Of a DNA stretch of 64,000 bases, positions 47,219 through 56,298 are shown piece by piece. The position numbers were made by a program, and so were the translations under genes. This stretch comes from a virus (Duplodnaviria; Heunggongvirae; Uroviricota; Caudoviricetes): positions 59,723 to 123,722 of IMG/VR virus record IMGVR_UViG_3300044557_000151; one strand, given 5' to 3'. Below the pieces are notes generated by a model. That model saw nothing but the letters and a program-made list of their open reading frames with translations. It had not been told where the DNA came from and did not search any database. Every line of letters begins with the position of its first letter. The stretch's first letter is position 1.

Positions 47219-48037
47219 ATGCGTAAATTCAAAGGTTTATTATATGGACTGATCGCATTACTGGTCGTATCTGGCGTTGGTGTCGGGGTCGAAACGACTA
47301 TTTCGCCGGCAACGCCCGTTGTAGCATATGGAGGGCATTCGTCTGGAGGACACAGTTCTGGCGGGCACGCGTCCACGTCACATGCCTCAACTGCACACAC
47401 GAGTACGTCTCACGCATCAATTTCTCACTCGTCTGGGACAATGGCACGATCGACAAGCCCAGCAAGTCGATTTGGCGGTTCGACAAGCAGTCATGGTGGA
47501 TTCAGTAGTTCTCCAGCTACGCGGTTTGGCGGCTCGAGTTCAACGACCAAGAGTGCAATTAGCAAGTCGCCAGCAACACGATTTAACAGTACTCCATCTC
47601 GGACATACTCAAGCTCATTCACCAAGAATCCAGCAACACGGGCCAAGGTGTACAACAGTTCGGCAAATAAGAGTTTGGGAACTACGCGAAGCGCTTTAGG
47701 ATTGAATAGCTCGACTCGAACTTACACTAGTTATTTCCATAATCCATATAGTCATTCGTATTATCGACACGGGAGTTTCTATAATACCTACTACCCATAT
47801 TGGATTTGGAATTCAAACCTGACGCGTTCGCAACACGACATTTTGGTAACTCAGGGCATCGATCACGATCAACTTATGAAGTCCAAAACAAAGATTAAAC
47901 ACATCATGATTCGCGACTCGAAAGGGAATAAGAAGAGTGTGATCGTAACACCGCAACAGTATAAGGCAATCAAGGCTGGAGACAAGATTAAGATTCAGGC
48001 TGGATTGCTATATGTGAATGGCGAGGTAGTCAAATGA
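47219..48037 (+). CDS. secreted Ser/Thr/His-rich repeat protein
   Basis: Signal peptide. GGHSSGGHSSGGHASTSHASTAHTSTSHAS tract. Four SPATRF(G/N) repeats. Structured C-terminal domain. Confidence 0.5.
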   Translation: MRKFKGLLYGLIALLVVSGVGVGVETTISPATPVVAYGGHSSGGHSSGGHASTSHASTAHTSTSHASISHSSGTMARSTSPASRFGGSTSSHGGFSSSPATRFGGSSSTTKSAISKSPATRFNSTPSRTYSSSFTKNPATRAKVYNSSANKSLGTTRSALGLNSSTRTYTSYFHNPYSHSYYRHGSFYNTYYPYWIWNSNLTRSQHDILVTQGIDHDQLMKSKTKIKHIMIRDSKGNKKSVIVTPQQYKAIKAGDKIKIQAGLLYVNGEVVK

Positions 48038-48603
48038 TCTTTTACTTCATTGGAGTCGGAATCTTCTTCGTCGGAATGATGACGCTTATCTGGTATCCAA
48101 CTTGGAAACTCAAGCATTCTGAAGTTGACGTGTATGAGGTTGAGCTATCTGAACTTCGGAAGAGACTCAAGCAATACGATACGTTGTTCTTAGACCCACT
48201 AAATCAACCCGTCGGGAAGTTTGGAATGAGCCATTCAATCGACCCTAGCTTGTATCGAGAAGGACTCGCGACAAAGGCATCTCCAACCGATATCATCGCG
48301 TATTCTCAGCAACATTTGTATAGCAAATGGTCATATGGACTCAGAATGCAATGGGATCAATTCCTATTTGCCCAACTTGAAGTGTTATTGCCGGTTGTTA
48401 AAGGTGAGGTTCAAGATTATGTGTTGGGTAATGGGTCTATGACCAATACGGAGATTACCAAAGCGAATGAGACTTTGAGCAATCCGTTACTTGAGTTCAC
48501 AGAACACAACCTCTACAGTCTGGCGGATTTGACTAATACCTATACATTGGTCTCCGCAACAGCCAATATGGAAGCTTATAAACAAAAGGTGGGTAATTAT
48601 TAG
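48034..48603 (+). CDS. membrane protein
   Basis: N-terminal TM helix IFYFIGVGIFFVGMMTLIW. ATGA overlap with the upstream gene. Confidence 0.45.
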   Translation: MIFYFIGVGIFFVGMMTLIWYPTWKLKHSEVDVYEVELSELRKRLKQYDTLFLDPLNQPVGKFGMSHSIDPSLYREGLATKASPTDIIAYSQQHLYSKWSYGLRMQWDQFLFAQLEVLLPVVKGEVQDYVLGNGSMTNTEITKANETLSNPLLEFTEHNLYSLADLTNTYTLVSATANMEAYKQKVGNY

Positions 48604-48818
48604 TGGGTAAGAAGAATAGAGAAACGATTGGTCTGCTTTATCAGTTATCTAACAAGGTGAATAGTGATCGCCGTAACTTCTCTATCGCGGCAAATAGTTG
48701 TAGCGATAGAGGGGACGCAAAATATGACGCTTTTGCAGACCTTACGGTATATGCGCATGATGTCGTTGGGGAGATTGAGAAGATGATTACCCTGGCTGAG
48801 CAAAATGAGTATCTATAA
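48603..48818 (+). CDS. hypothetical protein
   Basis: ORF track 71 aa. Confidence 0.4.
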   Translation: MGKKNRETIGLLYQLSNKVNSDRRNFSIAANSCSDRGDAKYDAFADLTVYAHDVVGEIEKMITLAEQNEYL

Positions 48819-48947
48819 AAGGGAGATTTTATGAAGGATCAGATTTTTGACGCAACAAGCATTAAGGTCAATCCACTAGACGGATACGTAGTAACTGTTA
48901 AGGGAGAGCCACTACACATTTTAGGAGACGTGAAAATTATGAAACAA

Positions 48948-49415
48948 AACACGGTATATATGGCGGAATCTTGGTTTAATGATGAACAAAACGCATTACG
49001 TGAGGCCGGTATGGAGGCGATGAAGCAAAACCAAACAATTGACTGGGAAAACAGCTTCCGCCCAATTGAACATCAATACAAGGGTTGGAAGATTACAGAT
49101 CATCCCGACATGCTCAATAATTCCGAATGGCAGTTAGCGACATTTCGTTCAGACTGTCATTCTGTTGAGGCAATGGACATCACGATTGCGTTGTACGATC
49201 CGAAGATTGAGAACTCAGATCCTGGCGTTTTGTGGGAACTCGGCTATGCTTATGGCTTAAACAAACCAACATTTTTGGTGTTGCCAGATGATTGTGATAC
49301 TCCATTAAACCTAATGCCCGCGTTAGGTGCAACTCGCGTATTACATCTTGCAGACTTGGAGACTTTTGATTTTAACAACAAAGCATTTACAGTATTTACC
49401 GGGGAGGTCTACTAA
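48948..49415 (+). CDS. nucleoside 2-deoxyribosyltransferase
   Basis: YMAESWF...ENSFRPIEHQYKGWKITDHP...WELGYAYGLNKPTFLVLPDD...NLMPALG...FDFNNKAFTVFTGEVY aligns end to end with Lactobacillus NDT. ATG 48948 after GGAGACG. The alternative start at 48831 adds 39 aa. Confidence 0.8.
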   Translation, partial: NTVYMAESWFNDEQNALREAGMEAMKQNQTIDWENSFRPIEHQYKGWKITDHPDMLNNSEWQLATFRSDCHSVEAMDITIALYDPKIENSDPGVLWELGYAYGLNKPTFLVLPDDCDTPLNLMPALGATRVLHLADLETFDFNNKAFTVFTGEVY

Positions 49416-49417
49416 TT

Positions 49418-49900
49418 ATGCAACAACGAAATGTAATGTTATCAGCATCATGGTTCTCACCAGAGGAAGCCGAATTCCTCGAAAAGGTGAAAGCCTCACT
49501 TCATGCCAACGAAACGATTTCAGATTTCAGTTGGTGTTTGGATAAAGATGGACAGTGGGGAGAGACGGATGTTACTCTGCATCCTGAAGTCGCGAGTGAT
49601 TTGTTGTGGCGCTCTCGTACCTTCCTCAATGATGTAACATCTGTAAAAAACGCAGAAGTAATTGTGCTTATGATGGTTCCTGGTCACGAAGATACCGGAG
49701 CAGTTTCCGAGGCAAGTATGGCTTACGCTTGGGGTAAACCCGTAGTCATGGTCCTGCCAGACGCTGATTATGATAACAAGACCACCCCAATTAACTTAAT
49801 GCCATCCATGTTGGCTGACGTCGTAATCCCATATCGTGAACTCGCCACATATAACTTCGGTCACTTACGCAATCGTCCTTACGACGGTCCTTGCTTCTAG
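49418..49900 (+). CDS. nucleoside 2-deoxyribosyltransferase paralog
   Basis: SASWFSPEE...VSEASMAYAWGKPVVMVLPDADYDNKTTPINLMPSM preserves the NDT catalytic Glu region and the PINLM motif. Confidence 0.7.
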   Translation: MQQRNVMLSASWFSPEEAEFLEKVKASLHANETISDFSWCLDKDGQWGETDVTLHPEVASDLLWRSRTFLNDVTSVKNAEVIVLMMVPGHEDTGAVSEASMAYAWGKPVVMVLPDADYDNKTTPINLMPSMLADVVIPYRELATYNFGHLRNRPYDGPCF

Positions 49901-49911
49901 GAGGTACTAAC

Positions 49912-50283
49912 ATGGATAACAACGATTCTAACAAGCAACTAGACGAAGACATCGATCAAGCTAAGATCGAATTGCAAGAGAAGGCCAATGAGGTTCTCCC
50001 AAAGTTTGCTATTATGATTGTATCCTTGATCATCTCGCTCGTCATCAATCCAATCATCTGGCGTTGGGGTTTCAACAGCTTCCTTGCTGACGTTTTTAAC
50101 CTTTCTCATATTACGTTCTGGCAAGCATTTGGACTTTCATTGTTCGTAGATTATGCTATTTGGACGCCACTCAAGGAGAACCTAGACCTTGATACTCCAA
50201 CTCAATATAAAATGCTGATTTCATCCATTGGAACAATCATCATTACGGTATTCGGATTTCTACTCGCAGGCTTATTCGTCTAG
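49912..50283 (+). CDS. membrane protein
   Basis: ATG 49912 after AGGAGG. Three hydrophobic helices. Confidence 0.45.
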   Translation: MDNNDSNKQLDEDIDQAKIELQEKANEVLPKFAIMIVSLIISLVINPIIWRWGFNSFLADVFNLSHITFWQAFGLSLFVDYAIWTPLKENLDLDTPTQYKMLISSIGTIIITVFGFLLAGLFV

Positions 50284-50292
50284 GAGGTTGAC

Positions 50293-50460
50293 ATGTACAA
50301 ACTAGTTTTATATAACGATATTGGTATTGAGGATATCTATTTTCAAGATTACCAAACGTTCTTTGCGGCTCAGATTCAGGTATTCAAAATCTATTTTGCT
50401 CAACACGTCTGGTATCGGGTGGTCAAGGTGAACCCAAATGCAATTGCCTTTAACTTTTAG
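50293..50460 (+). CDS. hypothetical small protein
   Basis: 55-aa ORF below the track cutoff. ATG after TAGGAGGTTGAC. Confidence 0.3.
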   Translation: MYKLVLYNDIGIEDIYFQDYQTFFAAQIQVFKIYFAQHVWYRVVKVNPNAIAFNF

Positions 50461-50461
50461 G

Positions 50462-50558
50462 TAGACAAACACTAATGTGTTTAGTATACTAATCAGTGTG
50501 ATATAGACAAACACTAATGTGTTTTGGCTGACGTGAAATCACGCCAGTCTTTTTGTTT
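50462..50558 (+). promoter_or_regulatory. promoter-operator unit with leader hairpin and intrinsic terminator
   Basis: TAGACA-N17-TATACT at 50462..50490. Second TAGACAAACACTAATGTGTTTT at 50503..50524. Terminator GGCTGACGTG-AAAT-CACGCCAGTC + TTTTTGTTT at 50526..50558. Confidence 0.55.
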
Positions 50559-50597
50559 AAATCAATACATAATGCAGAGGTGAACAACATAGAACAG

Positions 50598-50987
50598 ATG
50601 AAAGACAAGGTGTTACGTATGCTTGACGAAGCACCTGAACGAACTGTAGAAAGATTGAAAAAGGCGGCTTTTGATTGGAGTGAATACGACCTGACAATCA
50701 TTTCCAATGAGATAGGAAATGAGTTATCTACTGTACGAGGGGCCATTCGACAATACTTGGACGATCCGTTGGTCAAATCAATGAATCCAAAGCGATCTGA
50801 ATCATCGTTGGATAATAAAACAATCAACAATTTAGTCGAAGCAACTCAATCTCAGAAAATTGATATTGAGGCATTATCCGATGTGATGTTTGGTCTGGCA
50901 GCGGAATTCGCCGCAGGGCAAAAAACTGCAAGTATGACACAACTTCAAATGCGAAAGTTCTTACTTAACCTATTCAAACAGGGGTAA
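50598..50987 (+). CDS. hypothetical protein
   Basis: Frame of ORF 50553 (TTG). First ATG at 50598. Start uncertain. Confidence 0.4.
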   Translation: MKDKVLRMLDEAPERTVERLKKAAFDWSEYDLTIISNEIGNELSTVRGAIRQYLDDPLVKSMNPKRSESSLDNKTINNLVEATQSQKIDIEALSDVMFGLAAEFAAGQKTASMTQLQMRKFLLNLFKQG

Positions 50988-50994
50988 ACATTTA

Positions 50995-51192
50995 ATGGAA
51001 AACTTACGACTTAAAGCTATTTCATGGTTAGTTGTATTTGCATCAGGGCTACTCATCATCGGGCTCTGCCTGATGTGGTTTGGTCCGTGGGTCACTCTAG
51101 CATTTCTGACATTTACATTCGTGATTGATTCATTATTATTACTTAATTCTGTAGCTTGGGAAGAGGGGGACATGCAACATGTCGAAGATTAA
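50995..51192 (+). CDS. small membrane protein
   Basis: Two TM helices. Confidence 0.35.
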   Translation: MENLRLKAISWLVVFASGLLIIGLCLMWFGPWVTLAFLTFTFVIDSLLLLNSVAWEEGDMQHVED

Positions 51193-51412
51193 AGATGCAA
51201 TTGCTGACCTGATGTGCCGTTTGCTCGATGGATGGGGTTACACAGCTCTTATCCATACTGACATTGATGGTAAAATCAAATTTCGATCACGCAACGCTTA
51301 TATGTATCACGTAAAAATGTCTGAAGATCCAATTCAAGAAAACGGAGTTCCGTTCCGAGTCCCCACTGGCAAGTTTAAGGTAACTACTGATGACAGCGAG
51401 GTTCAAGAATGA
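51179..51412 (+). CDS. hypothetical protein
   Basis: ORF track 77 aa. Confidence 0.4.
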   Translation: MSKIKDAIADLMCRLLDGWGYTALIHTDIDGKIKFRSRNAYMYHVKMSEDPIQENGVPFRVPTGKFKVTTDDSEVQE

Positions 51413-51708
51413 GTAGACCAGACGCAAAGCGAAAAATCGAGAACGCTAATCTCCTGCTGGCAATTCGCGAGCAGCTAGAAAATGATGGGTTCACTCCAAC
51501 AACTTGGAACATGTACAAGCGGTTAGACAACAATATCTTCGTTATTCAACCGGGCGATGGTATTAATCAGTTCATGGTTGTAGCGGATTTTAACGAAGAT
51601 GGTTCAGTTGCTTTCTGGTCTCCAGCATACATGGATATCTCAAGTTCGTTCCGGACTGTTCACACGATCGCTAAGGCAATAGAAGGGCAAGGTATCCCAA
51701 TTGAATAA
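51409..51708 (+). CDS. hypothetical protein
   Basis: ORF track 99 aa. Confidence 0.4.
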   Translation: MSRPDAKRKIENANLLLAIREQLENDGFTPTTWNMYKRLDNNIFVIQPGDGINQFMVVADFNEDGSVAFWSPAYMDISSSFRTVHTIAKAIEGQGIPIE

Positions 51709-51892
51709 ACGTCAAATTAAAAAACAAGATGATATGTGGTTACATGGTGATCGTCGTATTCTACTCCCAGGCGAAATGAACATGAACGATTTTCTTCATG
51801 AAGCTCATTTAGCGAATGGACGTTGGCGATTGCGTCATCGAGTTTTCATCAAACAATTACGGAAGATGTTCAAGGCGACTATTAATGAATAA
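51701..51892 (+). CDS. hypothetical protein (MNKRQ-KK family)
   Basis: TTG start. N-terminus MNKRQIKK parallels the next ORF. Confidence 0.35.
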   Translation: MNKRQIKKQDDMWLHGDRRILLPGEMNMNDFLHEAHLANGRWRLRHRVFIKQLRKMFKATINE

Positions 51893-52055
51893 ACGTCAAC
51901 ATAAGAAGTGGTACAAACTTTGGTTAGTCTCATTTAATCCAAAGTGCTATAAAGCATCTATCCGTATTCAAAAGAAGCGTTGGTGTTCTGGCACAAATCG
52001 CTGGCGTTTATGGTGGCGCGTGAGCACATCAAGCAAACAAACACTATATAAATAG
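51891..52055 (+). CDS. hypothetical protein (MNKRQ-KK family)
   Basis: ATG 51891. N-terminus MNKRQHKKWYKLW. Within track frame 51816. Confidence 0.3.
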   Translation, partial: KRQHKKWYKLWLVSFNPKCYKASIRIQKKRWCSGTNRWRLWWRVSTSSKQTLYK

Positions 52056-52066
52056 GAGATTACATT

Positions 52067-52903
52067 TTGGAAATTTCAACATTAATTAAAACAGGCGTTA
52101 CCGGTGTCGTTGTCTTGGTCGTAGGGACTGTAGCAGGTTTCAAGTTCTTTGAAAAGGTTGATAACGGCAATGTCGGGATCGAATACAGCATGAACGGTGG
52201 CGTCAAGAAGGAAGCCCTGGGTCAAGGTGTTCATTTCGTTGGCCTGGATCACGTTACTGCCTACCCGATCAAGACTCAAACAATCTCACAAACGATCCCG
52301 TTAGCAACTCGCGATGGTAAGAAGACGGACGTTAAGGTTAGTTTGTCATATCACATCGATGCAACCAAGGCTACGTCCGTTTACCAGAAGTTTGGGAACG
52401 TCGAAGTTGAATCTATCGAAAAAGGTTGGTTAAATCAACAATTGACCGCTGCGGGTCGTAATGCCTTATCTAAGTTTACATTGCTCGATGTCGTGGGTGA
52501 AGATTCAACCAAGGCACAAGCTGAAATGTTAAAGGAAGTACAAGATCGCACAGCTTCTCAAGGTTTCGTTATTGAAGACTTGTCAATGGGAACTCCATCC
52601 TTAGACCCTCAGACTCAACAATCCATCGATAACATCATCAAGGCCAACCAAGATCAAAAGCGAATCGCTCTAGAAGCTAAGAGTCAACAGACTAAAGCTG
52701 AAGGTGATGCGAAAGCCAAAACGATTGCTGCCGAAGCAGATGCCAAGGCAACAATTGCAAAAGCTGATGCTACAGCCAAAGCGAATGAAAAAATTAACAA
52801 CTCCATCACGGATAAGACTATTCAATATATGACTGCCCAGGCGCGTCAATCCCATGGTTGGGTGGAAGTACAAGGTGCTGGTTCAACCATCGTAGATAAG
52901 TAG
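52067..52903 (+). CDS. SPFH/band-7 (stomatin-prohibitin-HflK/C) family protein
   Basis: N-terminal TM helix. SPFH core (GVHFVGLDHV...KTDVKVSLSYHID). Ala/Lys-rich coiled-coil tail. TTG start after AGGAGA. Confidence 0.6.
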   Translation: MEISTLIKTGVTGVVVLVVGTVAGFKFFEKVDNGNVGIEYSMNGGVKKEALGQGVHFVGLDHVTAYPIKTQTISQTIPLATRDGKKTDVKVSLSYHIDATKATSVYQKFGNVEVESIEKGWLNQQLTAAGRNALSKFTLLDVVGEDSTKAQAEMLKEVQDRTASQGFVIEDLSMGTPSLDPQTQQSIDNIIKANQDQKRIALEAKSQQTKAEGDAKAKTIAAEADAKATIAKADATAKANEKINNSITDKTIQYMTAQARQSHGWVEVQGAGSTIVDK

Positions 52904-52911
52904 GTGTCTAC

Positions 52912-53091
52912 ATGGCATTCTTCTTATCCAAATTAGTGATTGGTGTAATCGTTATTATCATCGTTGTTGGATTGTTTTCCATGTGGAGTAAACCACTAAC
53001 TCCAAAATCAAAGGCAGTCCACACAACACCAGAACGACCAATTGCACCGAAGCCGGAACCTAATCATAAAGATGAATGGAGTGACTTCTAA
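52912..53091 (+). CDS. small membrane protein (possible NfeD-like partner)
   Basis: 59-aa ORF below the track cutoff. One TM helix (LVIGVIVIIIVVGLF). Immediately after the SPFH gene. Confidence 0.3.
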   Translation: MAFFLSKLVIGVIVIIIVVGLFSMWSKPLTPKSKAVHTTPERPIAPKPEPNHKDEWSDF

Positions 53092-53270
53092 TCGATACAT
53101 TAACTTATCTTAGCGAGATGTTCGTAATCTTATTTACTGGATATGGAATGGTTTATTCGAACGCCGGTATCGAGCTTATTGGGCTACTCATGCTGATCGT
53201 GATGCACACACTTGATTGGGTGCTTTCTTCCAAAGTGAAGAAGGGTAAGCACGCAAAATAGGAGATATAC

Positions 53271-53522
53271 ATGAAAGAATATAAGGTTTATGGAACTGAT
53301 TCAAACGGTAAACGGTTTATTTACTCATTAGAAAACGGACATCTGTGGAAAAATAATGGAGAGTTCGTGAAATGGCATCCAGAGGTTCTGGCGAAATCTC
53401 ACTTCACCTGGGCTCAAATCATTGAATTAAATAACAGTTTTGAAGGCTGTGAGGTTGTTGAAGTTGGAACATATGCCTTCAAACAGTCAGAAATCATGTT
53501 TGAGGACCGGGCTAATGCCTAG
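53271..53522 (+). CDS. hypothetical protein
   Basis: ORF track 83 aa. RBS AGGAGA upstream. Confidence 0.4.
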   Translation: MKEYKVYGTDSNGKRFIYSLENGHLWKNNGEFVKWHPEVLAKSHFTWAQIIELNNSFEGCEVVEVGTYAFKQSEIMFEDRANA

Positions 53523-53535
53523 AAAGGGTGATCGA

Positions 53536-53841
53536 ATGACAACAGGTAAAATGACAGTTTCATCAAGAGAAGGAACCAATTGGGTAATCTCAGAACAGGA
53601 TGCAATTAATTATTACGTTAAGACCGTGATTGACGATCACAACCAGCAAATTAAGGATTTAAACAAAAGGCACGATGCGATGGTTAATCAGCTCAGTGAA
53701 GCGAATGCTAAACTTTCGTCAACAAATGCTCAACTTGAAGATGATGTATCTGAACTGACTTGGAAAATAAAAGCTCTTCAGTGGTGGCTTGTTGGATTAC
53801 TAATCGTGATGGCTGTCGCAACTATCGGATTACTACTATAA
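53536..53841 (+). CDS. tail-anchored coiled-coil membrane protein
   Basis: ATG 53536 after AGAAAGGGTG. C-terminal TM helix LVGLLIVMAVATIGLLL. Confidence 0.4.
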   Translation: MTTGKMTVSSREGTNWVISEQDAINYYVKTVIDDHNQQIKDLNKRHDAMVNQLSEANAKLSSTNAQLEDDVSELTWKIKALQWWLVGLLIVMAVATIGLLL

Positions 53842-54068
53842 TGGAGGAAACCAGTTTGAACGAATTAGAAGATTACATCAACTATCGGAACGAACAACTA
53901 ACCGAAAGCGTAAAGGTTGGAATTGATCTCTATCAGCGAGGTAAGTTAAATCTAAACGGTTTCATCAGCACGGTTGCTGTACTAAAACCAAAGCTTGATA
54001 TATTGCATGGATATGAACGCGCACTTGCTACATTAAAAGGCGAGGGTGGTACTCCATGGCAAGAATAA
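53841..54068 (+). CDS. hypothetical protein
   Basis: ATG 53841 within track frame 53760. TAATG overlap. Confidence 0.4.
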   Translation: MEETSLNELEDYINYRNEQLTESVKVGIDLYQRGKLNLNGFISTVAVLKPKLDILHGYERALATLKGEGGTPWQE

Positions 54069-54228
54069 ACGCAGGTAAGCTTCATATGGAAGGCGTTTTC
54101 CAAGTAGAAGAATCAAAGCTTTTTACCTTCTTACAACAACACAACGAAATTAATCCACGTCAGTTGGTTCAATATCGACCACTTAGAGATGGTATTTACG
54201 AGGTTACATTGTGGAAGAAGGCTGCGTA

Positions 54229-54462
54229 ATGTATCGAGTTAATTCAATTCCGACACCTGGTTGGTTTGATTCCTACTTCGAAGTTGGACAGATCGTATCC
54301 CTGAATGATATCAAGGAAGAGGCGACCAGGTACGCAAACGCTTTCTGGGAACATGCCACTAAACCATCTGCCGATGTTGATTTTAATGTTCCAGAAAATT
54401 ATGCGGATTTCGCCTGTAATTACTGGATCAACTCGGAAGGCGACTTCGAGAAGATTGAATAA
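54229..54462 (+). CDS. hypothetical protein
   Basis: ATG 54229 within track frame 54211. Confidence 0.4.
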   Translation: MYRVNSIPTPGWFDSYFEVGQIVSLNDIKEEATRYANAFWEHATKPSADVDFNVPENYADFACNYWINSEGDFEKIE

Positions 54463-54575
54463 TTTTATCATGTGCAGGAAAGAAGACACGTTCTTTAAAG
54501 GACGTGATGAATTGCCTTCTTTTTAGCGCCAAAGGCGCTACACATGGTACGAAATCGTGTGGTATAATAAGCTAT

Positions 54576-55019
54576 ATGAAAGACACTAATAGACTTACGT
54601 ATGGTAGAACTTCTGTCTACAATCTAAATTACCACATCATCTGGGGAACTAAATACCGTAACCGGGTTCTGAAAGGAAATGTTGAGGTTACGCTCAAGCA
54701 AATTATGTATGAAATCGCAGAGCAATATGGTTTTAGCATCGACCACATGGAAATTGGTCAGGATGACCATATTCACTTGCTGGTGAGTGCACCGCCAAAA
54801 CTATCAGTTACCAATATTGTGCGATGGCTAAAAGGCATTTCAGCGCGCCAGCTATTCGTCGCGTGTCCGGAGCTACAGCGAAGTTACTGGAAACATGCAG
54901 GACGCCACTTATGGTCGCCCAGTTATTACGTAGAAAGTATTGGCACAACTAATCAGAATGCAGTCGCTAAGTACATTGATGACCAAAGGTTGAAGGAGGT
55001 GAAGATTAATGACAATTAA
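54576..55019 (+). CDS. tnpA: IS200-like Y1 (HUH) transposase TnpA
   Basis: YHIIWGTKYR and HIHLLVSAPP (HuH) motifs plus a downstream Tyr. ATG 54576 (track frame from 54504). Confidence 0.85.
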   Translation: MKDTNRLTYGRTSVYNLNYHIIWGTKYRNRVLKGNVEVTLKQIMYEIAEQYGFSIDHMEIGQDDHIHLLVSAPPKLSVTNIVRWLKGISARQLFVACPELQRSYWKHAGRHLWSPSYYVESIGTTNQNAVAKYIDDQRLKEVKINDN

Positions 55020-56148
55020 AGCTTATAAACTTAGGATCTACCCAAATGAGGCTCAAAAGCTTCAAATGGAAAAGAACTTTGGTATGTGTCGATTTGTATG
55101 GAACCAGCTTCTCGCTATGCAGAATGCGCGCTACAAGAACGGTGGTGACTACGTCAACGAGTTTGGCATGAATTACCTATTTAAGCCCCTGAAAAAAGAA
55201 TACCAATGGCTTAAAGAAGCAGACTCAACCAGCTTAATAGCTGTGAGCCACAATCTGCACTTAGCATTTAAAAACTTTTTCAAAAAGCATGAAGGGTATC
55301 CGAAGTTTAAGACTAAGCGGTTCACCCGCCCTGCATATCGTTCTAACGCAGTTAACCACAATATCGTTCTTATGGACGAGCAACATATTCGGCTGCCAAA
55401 ACTTGGATCAATAGCATTTCGATCTGGACAGTTACCAAGGGGTAAAGTTAAAACTGCAACAGTTACTAGAAGTCCCGCTGGTAAATACTATGTACTTGTG
55501 ACTACGGAAGTCGAAATAGAGAAATGGAACCCAACAGGCGCTAGTGTCGGCTTGGATATGGGAGTCGCTGACCTTGTAATCACTAGTGATGGTATGAAGT
55601 TTGCGACCAAACGGTTTGATAAAGCTCTTGCCAAAAAGAAACACTACTGGGAGAAACGATTGGCCCGTAGGCGCGCCTTAGCTCAAAAAGAAATTGCCTG
55701 GGATAAACACCTCAAGGTAGAATCGCCACGTCAGTTATCTGACTTCAAGAATTACATGAAGGCTAAAGAAATGGTGGCGAAATACAGTGAAAAAGTGTCT
55801 AATCAACGTCACGATTACCTTCAAAAGATCAGTACTGAGCTCGTTTCAGAATATGATGTGATTAAATTAGAAGACCTGAAAACCAAGGGCCTGATGAAGA
55901 ATCACAAACTGTCACGAGCAATTGCAAATCAGTCGTGGCGTGAATTACGTCTGATGTTGGAATACAAAGCAGCTTGGTATGGTAAGAGTATCATTGCCGT
56001 GTCTCCGTATAAGACCTCACAACGTTGTTCAGTATGTGGCTACGATGATGGCAAACATGAGCTAGATATCCGCGAATGGACTTGCCCACAATGCCATACT
56101 CATCACGATCGTGACATAAATGCCGCAAAGAACATTCTAGTCGCATAA
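55009..56148 (+). CDS. tnpB: TnpB RNA-guided endonuclease
   Basis: KLRIYPNEAQ...FGMCRFVWNQ. RuvC-I GLDMG, RuvC-II LEDLKTK. Zinc finger CSVCG...CPQCH. RuvC-III DRDINAAKNIL. Confidence 0.9.
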   Translation: MTIKAYKLRIYPNEAQKLQMEKNFGMCRFVWNQLLAMQNARYKNGGDYVNEFGMNYLFKPLKKEYQWLKEADSTSLIAVSHNLHLAFKNFFKKHEGYPKFKTKRFTRPAYRSNAVNHNIVLMDEQHIRLPKLGSIAFRSGQLPRGKVKTATVTRSPAGKYYVLVTTEVEIEKWNPTGASVGLDMGVADLVITSDGMKFATKRFDKALAKKKHYWEKRLARRRALAQKEIAWDKHLKVESPRQLSDFKNYMKAKEMVAKYSEKVSNQRHDYLQKISTELVSEYDVIKLEDLKTKGLMKNHKLSRAIANQSWRELRLMLEYKAAWYGKSIIAVSPYKTSQRCSVCGYDDGKHELDIREWTCPQCHTHHDRDINAAKNILVA

Positions 56149-56287
56149 AAAGCAAAGACCCAAATGGTCTATCGGCACGGGACGTGCCTTGGCTAATAAC
56201 CGTAACCTCTGCATTGTTAGTTTAATGCTAATGGTGTAAGTCGGCGGCGTTCCCAGAAGCTCGGTCATTCATGGCCGAGTAGTTCAC
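56149..56287 (+). ncRNA. putative omega-RNA scaffold / IS right end
   Basis: Nearly identical to 17245..17344. Hairpins GGCACGGGACGTGCC and CTCGGTCATTCATGGCCGAG. Confidence 0.45.
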
Positions 56288-56298
56288 GAATTCAATAG

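Larger units (their letters stand above)
54477..56287 (+). mobile_element. complete IS200/IS605-family insertion sequence (tnpA + tnpB)
   Basis: Left end 54477..54515 is shared with the mini-element at 17121. tnpA and tnpB lie between the ends. The right end terminates in GAGTAGTTCAC at 56287. Confidence 0.7.

Noticed and set aside
47400-47700. Nucleotide-level tandem repeats in 47400..47700 as a possible VNTR or CRISPR-like repeat
   Set aside because: The periodicity is imperfect and lies within a continuous ORF. It reflects the SPATRF/GGHSS amino-acid repeats of the secreted protein, not a non-coding repeat array.
54504-54575. The TTG start at 54504 proposed by the ORF track for tnpA
   Set aside because: IS200-type TnpA proteins begin a few residues before the YHIIW motif. 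The upstream 24 codons overlap the IS left-end hairpins and a TATAAT box, so ATG 54576 is the better start.
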